From: Ylistrum balloti
Taxonomy: Eukaryota
DNA: 64,000 bases
Assembly: GCF_031769215.1 (NCBI RefSeq)
Contig: NW_026782527.1
Span: forward strand, 434,001 to 498,000
Direction of reading: 5' to 3'
The notes under the pieces were generated by a model. The model searched no databases. It had not been told where the DNA came from and was given only the letters and a program-made list of their open reading frames with translations. Below, piece by piece: positions 1 to 13,000 of this stretch; position 1 is the first letter of the stretch; every line of letters begins with the position of its first letter. The position numbers were made by a program, and so were the translations under genes.

Positions 1-2662
1 CTGTGAACACCACCTTTAGAAGTTCCCTTGTTCAGAGCTAGCAATTTTTTTTACAATTCTTTTTGGCACTACACTGACAATTTTTTATATTGAATTGGGC
101 TGCACCCTTGTCATAAGATTCTTATTCAGCTTTTAAAAAGCTACATCTAAGACTACGTCTGATTAATCATGGATATCATTTAAGTTTCTGGTCTTTTGGC
201 CATCACCAATTTCCTGTTTTTCCATCAATGTGGGACAAGATTCATCAAAAATCATATCTTAAGTTGAAGACTGATGACTTTATCCGACAACAATTATGAA
301 TAAAGGGGATTGAAAGCATATGTCAATGTATCCAGGTATATCTGATTAAGATTTCAATCCATTTCACATTGGTTTGGTTTTCAATTGGAATCATCAATTT
401 CATAAAGAAATTCAGTAAATATGGAAGGAACATTTATTGTAAATATTTTATCTGTAAAAATATCTCAAACATGGGTATGAACTTTTTCATTTTAAGAAAT
501 AATGCTTATTGTATTCAAAACATTTTTCTGCAATATTACAGGAATAATGTTCATGTTGATCATAACTGAAAGTTTCACAACTTAAGACATGTCTTTCTAC
601 GACAATAACTTCAATTAAACTGGAAAATAACTTTTTAATGCATACATTTTACACTTGAAGAAGTAAATTGTAAATAGTTTTTTTATGAAAGCAAGGTATT
701 TCATTGAAACATGATTATAACCTCTGAAATCTTGTTGACAGTTTCCTCTCTATTTAAATTTAGAATAGTAATTTAACAGTTTAATTTCTATTTTGTATCA
801 AAGTTCAGAGTAGACAGATGTTCTTCAGATGAAAGGGTCATCAGGTGTAGAAGTGATGATCCTTAACATCTCAAGAAATGTCTAAGTATGCAATGCTTAG
901 ACCCAATAAACTGTGTATTATGCTAAACTTGTTGAACCAACAAATTGTTGTTACACAGGTTTTGGGTATATTGATCAACTAAACAATCCTGTTTGGACAA
1001 GATTATGTGTCCAACAGGTGAACAGATTACAGTACTAGTAAACCATCTGCTAACAGGCTACGTTACACAACATTGTTGATAGTAGTAAGTACGAGGTCCA
1101 CCTTCGTCATATCTACCTCGGAGCGTGTGAACATGATCTAAGGCAATGCTGGAAACCTTGATATGTCCTGTTTTGATAAACTCTAAGTTTATTTCTGCCT
1201 GATATGCTATCACAACACCACCCGTCTTTGTCTGCAGTTGGACATCAAGTGTGTACTGGTAATAGGTGGGAAGATGGCATTTATATTTCCATACTGATTG
1301 TTATTCTGTACTTCAGTTGTGAGAGCTGTCGGATTCACAGTGTATGCTTCTTCCATCTGTTTAAAAATGCTGCAAGACCTTTCAATAAAATATTAGATAT
1401 GGTCATAGTCAACCGTCAATGAGGGTCCTCTCATCAAATTCTTCATTTCACAGACCTGATTGATATAAATAACCAACATAGGAAAGATGATTTTTTTTCC
1501 TAGATGCTAGTCAAAATCTGTACAATATTTGGTGTCTTTTAAAACATTTCTGTTGACAAAAAATGTGAAAAACTACAAAAAAATACACAAAATAATCATG
1601 GAGTATGTGATGTGCGGGTATGATATTCTAAGGGGGAGGGGAATGGTGTTCCATCCAAGGTCAATTAAAGTTCAAATTTTACATTAGGAAGCTATCCATA
1701 GTTTCATGTATATACAAATTCTAAAACTCCATGTTTTAATATAACTTTTACTATCAATCATAATCCAAAACTTACCTTTAATTTTACTGTTTTTCTGATC
1801 ACTCTGTAATCTTTTTTACTTCCTACTCCAGACAACTAATATAAAGGATGCATTTAAACTGAATGAAATAAAACTACACATACAAATTCTGTTTTAAAAA
1901 TCAAACCTGAAATGAATTTGAGTTCATAGTAACATAATGTGGTACATCTATGTCCCTTTATTATAGGAATAGATTCTGTCATACAAAATTCTAAACACAA
2001 TCTTATCACATCACAACTTTCAAATAATGTTTTGTAAACAAACTTTTCTGTCTTCTGCTTTCTCTTCAGGAGTTTAAATACCATATCACACAGGGTGAAT
2101 TATACCCTTCGGGTTTTGAGTATGTATGATGTAAATCAGAATCATACCCTTCCAGTATTGTGTATGTACGATATAAATTATCTCCCCCTTATCAGCCCCG
2201 CCCCCTTCCTATTGTCCACAATGAGTTTAACTGGCACCTGACACACCTCTTCTATTTTATCCTTGATCTCAAGATGTTAATGGGGCAAACATCACACAGC
2301 CCTCCTGATAATAGACTTACACACAAATCTTGACTCCAGTGTGTTTGTCTTCTAACATTTAAGTAAATAAAGATCTACCTCAAAGTTGTAATATTGGTAG
2401 ATTGTACATGTTGTAGAGACGGTCATCGGTCATTTTATATATAATGTAGACATAATGACCACTTAAGTTAATTATACTTACCCCACCCAGCCTGTGTACT
2501 GAGGTAACAACATGTTATATCAACTTGTAAATATAAAGTAAACAGTCTCAGGTAGGAAAACAATTAACTTTATCACCCCCTCTCCAGTTTTATTACAATC
2601 CACACACAATATAAAAGGTACAATGTTCAAAGTGCTGATTTTCCTGTCTTTAACATTAAAGT

Positions 2663-2963
2663 TCAGCACGTCGCTGTCAAGTTAATCACAGGTACATTAC
2701 TTTGTATACATGATTTGTAACATATATTATACTCAGGAATTTTCGAGCCACCTTTTCTAATCCCGCAAAGAAAACATTCCATCATTATATGATCATGAGA
2801 AAAATCAACGTGACCTGGGTTCACCATAATAAAGTTAATGTATAAAACACACACTAACACACTGAATGAACGTTCAAAGGATTCCTTCGGCAAATGTTGA
2901 CATCTCAATGTCAAATAAACCTTTCGTTTTTCATTCTTTTCAGAAAATTTCGGCAACAAAGGT
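2663..2963 (-). CDS. Candidate terminal exon of an unidentified minus-strand gene
   Basis: Acceptor TTTTTCTTCAG|A. 100-codon open frame ending in TGA. AATAAA at 2594-2589. Phase 2 matches the candidate exon at 3054-3193. Product not recognised. Confidence 0.4.
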
Positions 2964-3053
2964 CTGAAGAAAAATGTCTAAGTATATTAAATACAAACAC
3001 TTGTTGACAGGTCATGTGCAATGTCGACAGAAAGAATAACATCTGTAAATTAC

Positions 3054-3193
3054 CTTGTTAAAATATCGGAAAGGTCAATAGACAAGTCAGAACAGTAATA
3101 ATTTCCAAAGCAGTATACCATATCTGACGATCTTTGGAGGTTGGACCCAAGTAACCAAAATGTAAGATATGAAATCAGCTCTGAATCTTTGCT
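3054..3193 (-). CDS. Candidate internal exon (SKDSELISYLTFWLLGSNLQRSSDMVYCFGNYYCSDLSIDLSDILTR)
   Basis: Acceptor TTCTTAAAATCAG and donor AAG|GTAATT. A 90-nt GT-AG intron joins it in frame to 2963. Product not recognised. Confidence 0.4.
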
Positions 3194-4081
3194 CTGATTT
3201 TAAGAAGAATAAGTCTTGGACAGGGAGTTTGAATGTTTTAAGTTAAAACATTGGTAGATCAACTCCCAACAAAATGGTGACACAACACTTGTGAGATTGT
3301 CATTTGAAAACCTTCCTAGTCTGTATAACAGCTTTTGTGAAGTATTGTGACCAAACAAACACTTCACCTCTAATCACTGTTTTTTTTTAAATATGAAGAG
3401 AGTGATAATCTATCTTCTATTATCAGTACAATAGTTCATGTCACCCATACAAACCTTCCTAATCTTATACCTCCAGGATACATGCTGAGTCCCTAATCAG
3501 TGGACTTATTAGAACGTCCCTAAACCGGACCCTCGGCCCTCTTATCACAAGGACTTCCGTACTCTGAGTACCAAATCTTCTTCAAATACCCAGCGGTCAA
3601 AGTCTCAATATAGTAAATCTGTGAGCTCTCTGTCCATTAAGTGGCAGATATTTCAGAAAATAATGCAAGGTGGGGTCAGAGGTTGACAAAGAAGGAAATC
3701 ATGTGACATATCATGTTTAACAACATGTCCCATTGTCATGCTAAAGACCTACAATGGTCACAATTAACTGTCACAAAATCAACATTTCACTGTTGACAAC
3801 ATAAAACAACTTGTATCATTTTTAAATATTATACTCATAACTTTAAACAAGTCAACATCTTAAAACTTTGTTGAATTATATCAATGTGCCACTTGGTTGT
3901 AATTTGAGCGGTCAGCTTTGAAACATATTTTGTTTTATGTGCCAGATGTATCATATTATTAAGTGTGAAATGCTTCGTGACACAAATAAAGAATGGGGAA
4001 AAGGATGTTGTTCTGCTCTGATGAGGTAATGTGTTGGCCCTTTTGGGTTCTGTAATCAGCCCACACCATGAATGGTTGTCT

Positions 4082-6407
4082 GCTTAACTGTCCCCCTAAC
4101 TGTGAGAGTCGTGAGTCCGCTTAACTGTCCCTCTAACTGAGAGAGTCGTGAGTCCGCTTAACTGTCCCCCTAACTGTGAGAGTCGTGAGTCCCCTTAACT
4201 GTCCCCTAACTGTGAGAGTCGTGAGTCCGCTTAACTGTCCCCCTAACTGTGAGAGTCGTGAGTCCCCTTAACTGTCCCCTAACTGTGAGAGTCGTGAGTC
4301 CCCTTAACTGTCCCCTAAACAGTCCCTTAACTGTCCCCCTAACTGTGAGAGTCGTGAGTCCGCTTAACTGTCCCTCTAACTGAGAGAGTCGTGAGTCCGC
4401 TTAACTGTCCCCCTAACTGTGAGAGTCGTGAGTCCGCTTAACTGTCCCCCTGTGAGAGTCGTGAGTCCGCTTAACTGTCCCACTAACTGTGAGAGTCGTG
4501 AGTCTGCTTAACTGTCCCCCTAACTGAGAGAGTCGTGAGTCCACTTAACTGTCCCCCTAACTGAGAGAGTCGTGACTCCGCTTAACTGTCCCTCTAAATG
4601 AGAGAGTCGTGAGTCCGCTTAACTGTCCCCCTAACTGTGAGAGTCGTGAGTCCGCTTAACTGTCCCCCTGTGAGAGTCGTGAGTCCGCTTAATTGTCCCC
4701 CTAACTGTGAGAGTCGTGAGTCCGCTTAACTGTCCCCCTAACTGTGAGAGTCGTGAGTCCGCTTAACTGTCCCCCTAACTGTGAGAGTCGTGAGTCCGCT
4801 TAACTGTCCCCCTAACTGTGAGAGTCGTGAGTCCGCTTAACTGTCCCCCTAACAGAGAGTCGTGAGTCCGCTTAACTGTCCCCCTAACTGTGAGAGTCGT
4901 GAGTCCGCTTAACTGTCCCACTAACTGTGAGAGTCGTGAGTCCCCTTAACTGTCCCCCTAACTGTGAGAGTTGTGAGTCCGCTTAACTGTCCCCCTAACT
5001 GTGAGAGTTGTGAGTCCGCTTAACTGTCCCCCTAACTGTGAGAGTTGTGAGTCCGCTTAACTGTCCCCCTAACTGTGAGAGTCGTGAGTCCGCTTAACTG
5101 TCCCCCTAACTGTGAGCGTGGTGAGTCCGCTTAACTGTCCCACTAACTGAGAGAGTCGTGAGTTCGCTTAACTGTCCCCCTAACTGTGAGAGTTGTGAGT
5201 CCGCTTAACTGTCCCACTAACTGTGAGCGTGGTGAGTCCCCTTAACTGTCCCCCTAACTGTGAGAGTTGTGAGTCCGCTTGACTGTCCCACTAACTGTGA
5301 GCGTGGTGAGTTCGCTTAACTGTCCCCCTAACTGTGAGAGTTGTGAGTCCGCTTAACTGTCCCACTAACTGTGAGCGTGGTGAGTCCCCTTAACTGTCCC
5401 CCTAACTGTGAGAGTTGTGAGTCCGCTTGACTGTCCCCCTAACTGTGAGAGTTGTGAGTCCGCTTAACTGTCCCACTAACTGTGAGAGTCGTGAGTCCGC
5501 TTAACTGTCCCCCTAACTGTGAGAGTGGTGAGTCCGCTTAACTGTCCCCTAACTGTGAGCGTGGTGAGTCCGCTTAACTGTCCCCCTAACTGTGAGAGTG
5601 GTGAGTCCGCTTAACTGTCCCCTAACTGTGAGAGTTGTGAGTCCGCTTAACTGTCCCACTAACTGTGAGCGTGGTGAGTCCGCTTAACTGTCCCCCTAAC
5701 TGTGAGAGTGGTGAGTCCGCTTAACTGTCCCCTAACTGTGAGAGTTGTGAGTCCGCTTAACTGTCCCACTAACTGTGAGCGTGGTGAGTCCGCTTAACTG
5801 TCCCACTAACTGTGAGAGTCGTGAGTCCGCTTGACTGTCCCCCTAACTGTGAGAGTCGTGAGTCCGCTTAACTGTCCCCCTAACTGTGAGAGTCGTGAGT
5901 CCGCTTAACTGTCCCCCTAACTGAGAGAGTCGTGAGTCCGCTTAACTGTCCCCCTAACTGTGAGAGTCGTGAGTCCGCTTAACTGTCCCCCTAACTGTGA
6001 GAGTCGTGAGTCCGCTTAACTGTCCCTCTAACTGTGAGAGTCGTGAGTCCGCTTAACTGTCCCCCTAACTGAGAGAGTCGTGAGTCCGCTTAACTGTCCC
6101 CCTAACTGTGAGAGTCGTGAGTCCGCTTAACTGTCCCCCTTACTGAGAGAGTCGTGAGTCCGCTTAACTGTCCCCCTAACTGAGAGAGTCGTGAGTCCAC
6201 TTAACTGTCCCCCTAACTGTGAGAGTCGTGAGTCGGCTTAATTGTCCCCCTAACTGTGAGAGTCGTGAGTCCGCTTAACTGTCCCCCTAACTGTGAGAGT
6301 CGTGAGTCCGCTTAACTGTCCCCCTAACTGAGAGAGTCGTGAGTCCACTTAACTGTCCCCCTAACTTTGAGAGTCGTGAGTCCGCTTAACTGTCCCCCTA
6401 ACTGTGA
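4082..6407. repeat. Minisatellite, 37-bp unit GCTTAACTGTCCCCCTAACTGTGAGAGTCGTGAGTCC, about 63 copies
   Basis: Directly visible tandem array. Confidence 0.98.
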
Positions 6408-9376
6408 TAGTAAGATGTAAAGTGTTGGGGTCCTGTAACATACCCACCTTTGAGTCTGAATTGGTGGGTTGGGGCCCTGGGCTTACCACAGGGTAAAGTG
6501 GATCAGTGGCATAATTTTATGTCAAAAATTTAACTAGTCACACAATATTGGTAAGAAGATAAAGAGCCTTGTTTTAAAGTCTAGCAGTAATACTTGTAAG
6601 TAATAAAGGAGTAAATCCTGATTTTTACTTAGAAATAGGTATCACAGGCATACATCAAGATCACATACATAACACTTAAAGGAGTGTAACTCTCACAGCC
6701 ATGTCTATAAATATGACAATTTATATAATGATCAATGATAAACATTCTTTGATATATTAATATACCACTGAGCTAGCATTTCTAGGACAACTGTCAACTC
6801 TTGGATCTCTTTATTGCCCTGGCAACAGGTCGATAAAGGCAATCAAATAGCATTGGACAAACTCTGACCAATACACTGTGTGGAAATGTGACCAACACTG
6901 ACAGGTTTGTATTGGATATGGTTCCTTTCCTGCATATATTGATTTGGATATTGGTTCCTAGATAGACTTGACTGGGGGATCAGGGTCACAAAACATCTGA
7001 CGAGACAGGGTGACAAACAAACGCAGACATGACTGTGAATATTCCTTCTACCACAGTCAGGCGACAAGAACATTCTACCACTGTAAGGCGAAACATGACC
7101 GTGAATGTTCTCCTACCAAGGATAGGCGATAGCAACCCTCCAAGACATGACAGTGAATTTGACTGAGGTGTTAGAAGCTGACTCATCATGAACTTACATT
7201 TACCTCCCCAACGATTTACAATAGAGGCTATGACATTGAATTTGAAATTGTTTTTAACTTAACACACAGGAAGTAGATGTTTGTGAACAAGTGTCAATCC
7301 TTCAAAGGACACGAGCACATCTTCATTTTACTTGGTCGCAAGCTAAAGTTAGCTGCGTTTTATCCCTCATTGTGTTAATATGTTGTCTTTAGGACGACAA
7401 TAGAAATCACACAACTTATCAAACGGATGTTTTTTTCATTACACACACTTTACATTTTTTATCTTAAGGGTAAAAAATTTCTGAAAATCATACTCATTCA
7501 CATCAAACGGACATCTTTTTCCCATGAAATGGACATCTTTTGCCCATGGTAACAATGATTTATTATTTTAATCAATACTTTAAGAACAGTCCTTATCGGT
7601 ACATAAGACCAGGAGAATGGAGCAAGTCATAACAAATACAGTTAGTAAAAGAGGCTGACTTAAATCTCAATTCCCAATCAGTTCAAACCAATCAACCATC
7701 TTAAATGCTTGAACAAAATTGATGAATAATTTCTCCTGGTCATCATATTTCTGAACATAAAAATTATTATTGAATTTTTCTCCTTGACATTATATAAATA
7801 TGGTTGTGGGAAGAAAGTCACCTTCAGCACCCTTTATCAGGTGTACTTCGTGTTATCTGCTGTATCTAATTATGAACAGCCTGGCAATCAGAACCTAATT
7901 TTCGTTCACAATTGTACTACATGTACAGTTTCAGTTTCTCTGTTATTAAACTGCAGACTCCTACATCATGTGTCGGTTGTGCGAGTGTCTACGACCAGGA
8001 TTGTGTTCCGTGGAGACTGTGCCCGTCATCAACAATAATTGGTTACCATGAGGTTATTACACGCTTGGGCGATGATGCAGTGCCTAATGCGAGTGAAAGT
8101 TATTGGCACCTGCCCCGAGGGCCAGGTAAGCAATGATGGCAGATTAACGAGGCACACTTGCTAGGTGGTTACCTTAATCCATCAGGTGGGCTTGACAAAT
8201 CTCCCCAATACAAACCTGTTACAGTGGTCAGTCTACAAAACACAATGGTCAAATAAAACGAAGCGGTCAAGTTTCATTTTATCCAGGTAGTACCCTAGGA
8301 GGCTTGAAGTAATGTATTGTATGGAGGATCTGTCATACAAAGGTGAAAATATGGACTACAGGTACACAGGGTATGGAAATAAGGGGGATCCTACAAATCA
8401 CATCATTACAATCCAAGAAATAAATTCAACATGTTATAATCTCTAGTGTGTCAGTAAAATTCCACTACATCTGTTAAAATGACAAGATTACTAACTTCAA
8501 TCCAATCTGAGACTCCATACTGCATCAAATTCAAAGTAAAATGGTTATGCAAAGTGACATTTTTGGGCAAGATATGCTTTTTGACAAGCTGTTTCATACC
8601 ACTAAAAGTGTTATGAACTGTGAGCCTGTCAATTTCTTATAGATTACATGACTTTGAACAAACCAGATAACTTCATATCAGCATTATTTATGTTCCTATG
8701 GTATACACAGTTACATAGACGAGTACTGCAACTCACAGGCCTGAGGAATGGTTAAGGATGGACCAGTGTACAGCTAGATCCCTAGGGCCCTGTAGTTGAA
8801 TACTACAGCTAGTATTTTACTATCTGAAGATCCATACATTATCTGTGTACTGTTTTGCAATCCATCAACATTGTTAAGTAATTTCAATGAAAACAGTATT
8901 CACTAGGGAGACCTATCGATGTATCCTTCATTTAATATGAATAGATGAAGGGCCCACTGATTTATAGCATAAGCCAACATTTCAAAACTAAATGTTTTAG
9001 CACCAGACTAAGCTCTCATTAGTTTTCCTTCCAAATAATTTTACACTAAATATTTCTTCTCAATCCTTATTCATTAATTCATCCAGATATCTTCTCAAGC
9101 TGAAAGTGAATTTGCTTTTCTTTCACAACAAGGCTAATTTCCCATAATCCCCGTAGTGGAAACCTTACTACGAACTTGTAGCAGGCAAATCTGTGAAATT
9201 CTTCCATAAATCCCCTTCTCTTTCACATAAAGCACACCGTGCCTAAATTTGAATGGCATTAGAAATTCCCATTGATAACCCTCAACAGGGACTAAGTACC
9301 TCTCCGAAAGACACAATATCATTAAAAGGCCACCATGTTGAAGCTTGTACTCCTTAGAGTGTGTCAATATACAAAT

Positions 9377-10050
9377 AGTAGAACACTTCTACTTACCTCT
9401 CTCACTCCTTCTGTACCTCAGTAGAAGTGTTACCTCAGTAGAACACTTCTACTTACCTTTCTCACTCCTTCTGTACCTCAGTAGAACACTTCTACTTACC
9501 TCTCTCACTCCTTCTGTACCTCAGTAGAAGTGTTACCTTCTAGAACACTTCTACTTACCTTGTCACTCCTTCTGTACCTCAGTAGAACACTTCTACTTAC
9601 CTCTCTCACTCCTTCTGTACCTCAGTAGAAGTGTTACCTCAGTAGAACACTTCTACTTACCTTTCTCACTCCTTCTGTACCTCAGTAGAAGTGTTACCTC
9701 AGTAGAACACTTCTACTTACCTTTCTCACTCCTTCTGTACCTCAGTAGAAGTGTTACCTCAGTAGAACACTTCTACTTACCTTTCTCACTCCTTCTGTAC
9801 CTCAGTAGAAGTGTTACCTTAGTAGAACACTTCTACTTACCTTTCTCACTCCTTCTGTACCTCAGTAGAACACTTCTACTTACCTCTCTCACTCCTTCTG
9901 TACCTCAGTAGAAGTGTTACCTCAGTAGAACACTTCTACTTACCTCTCTCACTCCTTCTGTACCTCAGTAGAAGTGTTACCTCAGTAGAACACTTCTACT
10001 TACCTTTCTAGAACACTTCTACTTACCTTTCTCACTCCTTCTGTACCTCA
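9377..10050. repeat. Minisatellite, 60-bp unit (43-bp short variant) with an internal 12-bp inverted repeat, about 12 units
   Basis: Unit AGTAGAACACTTCTACTTACCTYTCTCACTCCTTCTGTACCTCAGTAGAAGTGTTACCTC. Confidence 0.97.
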
Positions 10051-13000
10051 ATCTTCATTCTCATTACTTTTTTAGTCCTTTTTTTCCAAAATTATTCTTA
10101 CAGCTCAATGTTTTATATACCTTTACAAAAACATTTCCTTTCTACTTTGGTAAAACATCTGTCTTGTTCTATCTTTTCCTAAATCTCTGTGACAAAAATC
10201 TGATAGATCTTGTGTCAAATTTATCTTACATTACAGTAATGCCAATACATGTGACTGCCTTTTTAGTACAATTTTCAAGATTTGATGATGATCTGTTGAA
10301 TTTCATAGTCACATCCACTGGTAGTACATGATTACTTGCATTTTGATTTCAAGTCGCATTTACAACGTTGAACACTTGGACAAGTTTTCGTTTTTACCAC
10401 AAATACTTTACAGTTTTGTCTTCAATGTTTTGGGACCTCCATTACACCAGATTTATCTATAAATTTCACTTACCATTACATATAATCTGTGTATGTGAAC
10501 TTGTTAGTTTCAACAGCACTTCATTGCATGAATTATTTACAAAATAAATGAAATCAAACTAACTTCATGAGAAAGCTTTCACGAATTACACAAAACATAT
10601 GATAAGACTGGAAACAACCAATAAAATGGCAGTCTTTCTGCCCTCCGGCTGCTGAATCTGTCTCACTAACAAGCTTGAAGATGGATATACAGCAGAGAAA
10701 TGCATTGGTTAATTAACTATTTATAACAGTGCATGGGTATCAAACTGGTATTTTATACCATTTCACATTAGTGTGCCTTTTTTACTGCAAATTAGCACCA
10801 CACACTTTCAAGACACTGGTGGCTCTGTTTACAATGGATCTTTAATTGCATTTTGAATAAACAATTTGCTATCAATATTGTCCTCATAAAAAAAGTTAAT
10901 TATTTTTTCGTGAGAATGGACCATCCCACACCAGTGGACAGTGGTTTAATTGGGTTCAGAACAATTACTTGTTTTGAATGCTGCTTGTGATCTTTCACAG
11001 TTTAAAAATATACAGTTGTGTTCTTAATCAGGAAACAGGAAAAAACAAACTCTCCAGACGCCTGCGTTTGTTTATAGCCAAGACATCATTAAATTTTCAA
11101 AGATATTTCCTGAACAAGCCTTATCTGTTTCTTCACCTGTCGTTATCTCACCTGTAATTAATTAACACTATACCTTCATCAAAATAGACACACATTAGCT
11201 TCACTCTTTGCTAGGACTGAACATGATCGTGTGATACATCTGTCCGCCTCATCTCGTGACGACTGTGATGGCTATCGTGACCGTGTTTTGTATACCCAAT
11301 GCTCCCAATCTCCTCCTCCACAATACTGATCTTTCTAGTCGCCTATTACCACTTTTTCTATTGAATCCAAAATCATGCTACCATGTAGCTAGTTTCCAGG
11401 CAAATGTTGCTAAGAACCTTCACCTAATTGCAAACCATATATTACGGTAGTACTGCACATTAAGAGAAAGTTAGAAACAAAGAACATACAGTTGTGCCAT
11501 TTTAAAATGTCTAATGTGTTCTGATTTGAGGAAAGACCACCTGTCCTCTAAAGTAGATATGAACAGAAGTTGAGATGTTCTACTTTATAACAATCATGTT
11601 CTGACAGCATATCAGTCATCCTCATAATAACAGCTACGTGTCATCATCAACACAGATTACATCACAAACAAAACACATCTCCAGTAAACAAAATACTTGT
11701 CTAATCATGACGGTATAAAGCTCTTTCTTTTCAAACTCGATTTTTAAATTTCAAGTTTGAAATGATCAGAATATTACTTCTTACCACATTGCATTGCTAA
11801 CATCTACCAGAACACCAATAAACTATACCATTTTACTGCATATTTAATTGAAAACTAAATAAAAAGGCCCGACTGACACAAAGAATCTAAGACATTCCAC
11901 CACAGAACAGGGATGCGTCACAATGTATTTGCCGCTGCAGTAGGTGCATCAGACATATAAATCAGATTTAATTCTATATCAGTAGATAGAGAAGGAAGAG
12001 TTTTAATCAGTTGTTCACTACAATGGATTTATACAGTAGTGTCTGCTTCAATGTGTGCTATATATGATTATAGCATAATGACCATCACAAATTCATATCT
12101 CTTCAATTAAATTTAAAATTTCTATCAAATTTCTATCAACTTTCATAATTAATCTACAAGTTGCCTTTGAAGAAATAAACAGTGAAACAAAGATGTTTGG
12201 TGTTTCAGAGAATATTAAATAATATAACTGCTATCTCCCTGAATTAGTTTATCAGGCTACAGGGTACATGGGCACAGACACTTTCATCAACTTTCTGTTC
12301 CAGTGAACATGCATGATAGCATGAAGATGTGTTATCAGCCTTCAGTAGAGATCAAAGAATATAATCTTCAACGGTCAATGGAAGTGACCCTGACTTTTTG
12401 TACTTTTCTGATCAATGCAATTAATACTAGGTATCTTTCATGAAATATCAATACCTTTTATCATTAATTAATTGAAATGTCTATAAAAGGTTGATAAAAA
12501 GAACTATGATAAATTTAGATAATGAAAACTCCAAATTCTAAAATCATTTCCTGTTCATCATCCTACTTTTTCCCCCTAATTATACATTGCATTTGATACT
12601 TTCTTTCCTTATCTGTATGACATGCAGAGAAAATCATTGTTAAGGGAATAGAATTACAGATCTAAAGTGTCAATGTACAATTTCCTTTTTATTTGTGTTT
12701 TTGAATTAGTCACAACACCTGTTTAACTTATGCTTCTGTGACCTGGGCATACAGGCTTTATTTCTTTGTATCTGATATTATGAAAGGTAACTCAAACAAA
12801 ACTAGAATGATGTTAGCCTTTCGGTGTGTACTAGGGCACCAGTTAAGTGTTTGATACTAAATTTTGTGTGAAAATAAAAACTACAAAAAAATGGCTCACA
12901 GTCAGCTCAAGTATTGTGCGTGGTATGGTAGCATATGGCCTGAATTCCGAAGAAATATTCAAGGTAGACAAGACAAGGTAGCATACACCTTTAAGATATC

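Noticed and set aside
7027-7165. Coding ORFs 6843-7189
   Set aside because: Explained by a short degenerate direct repeat (ACATGACYGTGAAT... x3).
9377-10050. CRISPR array (palindromic repeats at a regular period)
   Set aside because: The inter-hairpin sequence is constant rather than unique spacers, there are no cas genes, and the context is eukaryotic.
9060-10445. A single decayed minus-strand gene interrupted by the hairpin array
   Set aside because: About 5 stops in ~110 codons is not clearly below chance for this AT content. The YKFVVRFP resemblance to KY/Hillarin Ig-like segments is too weak.
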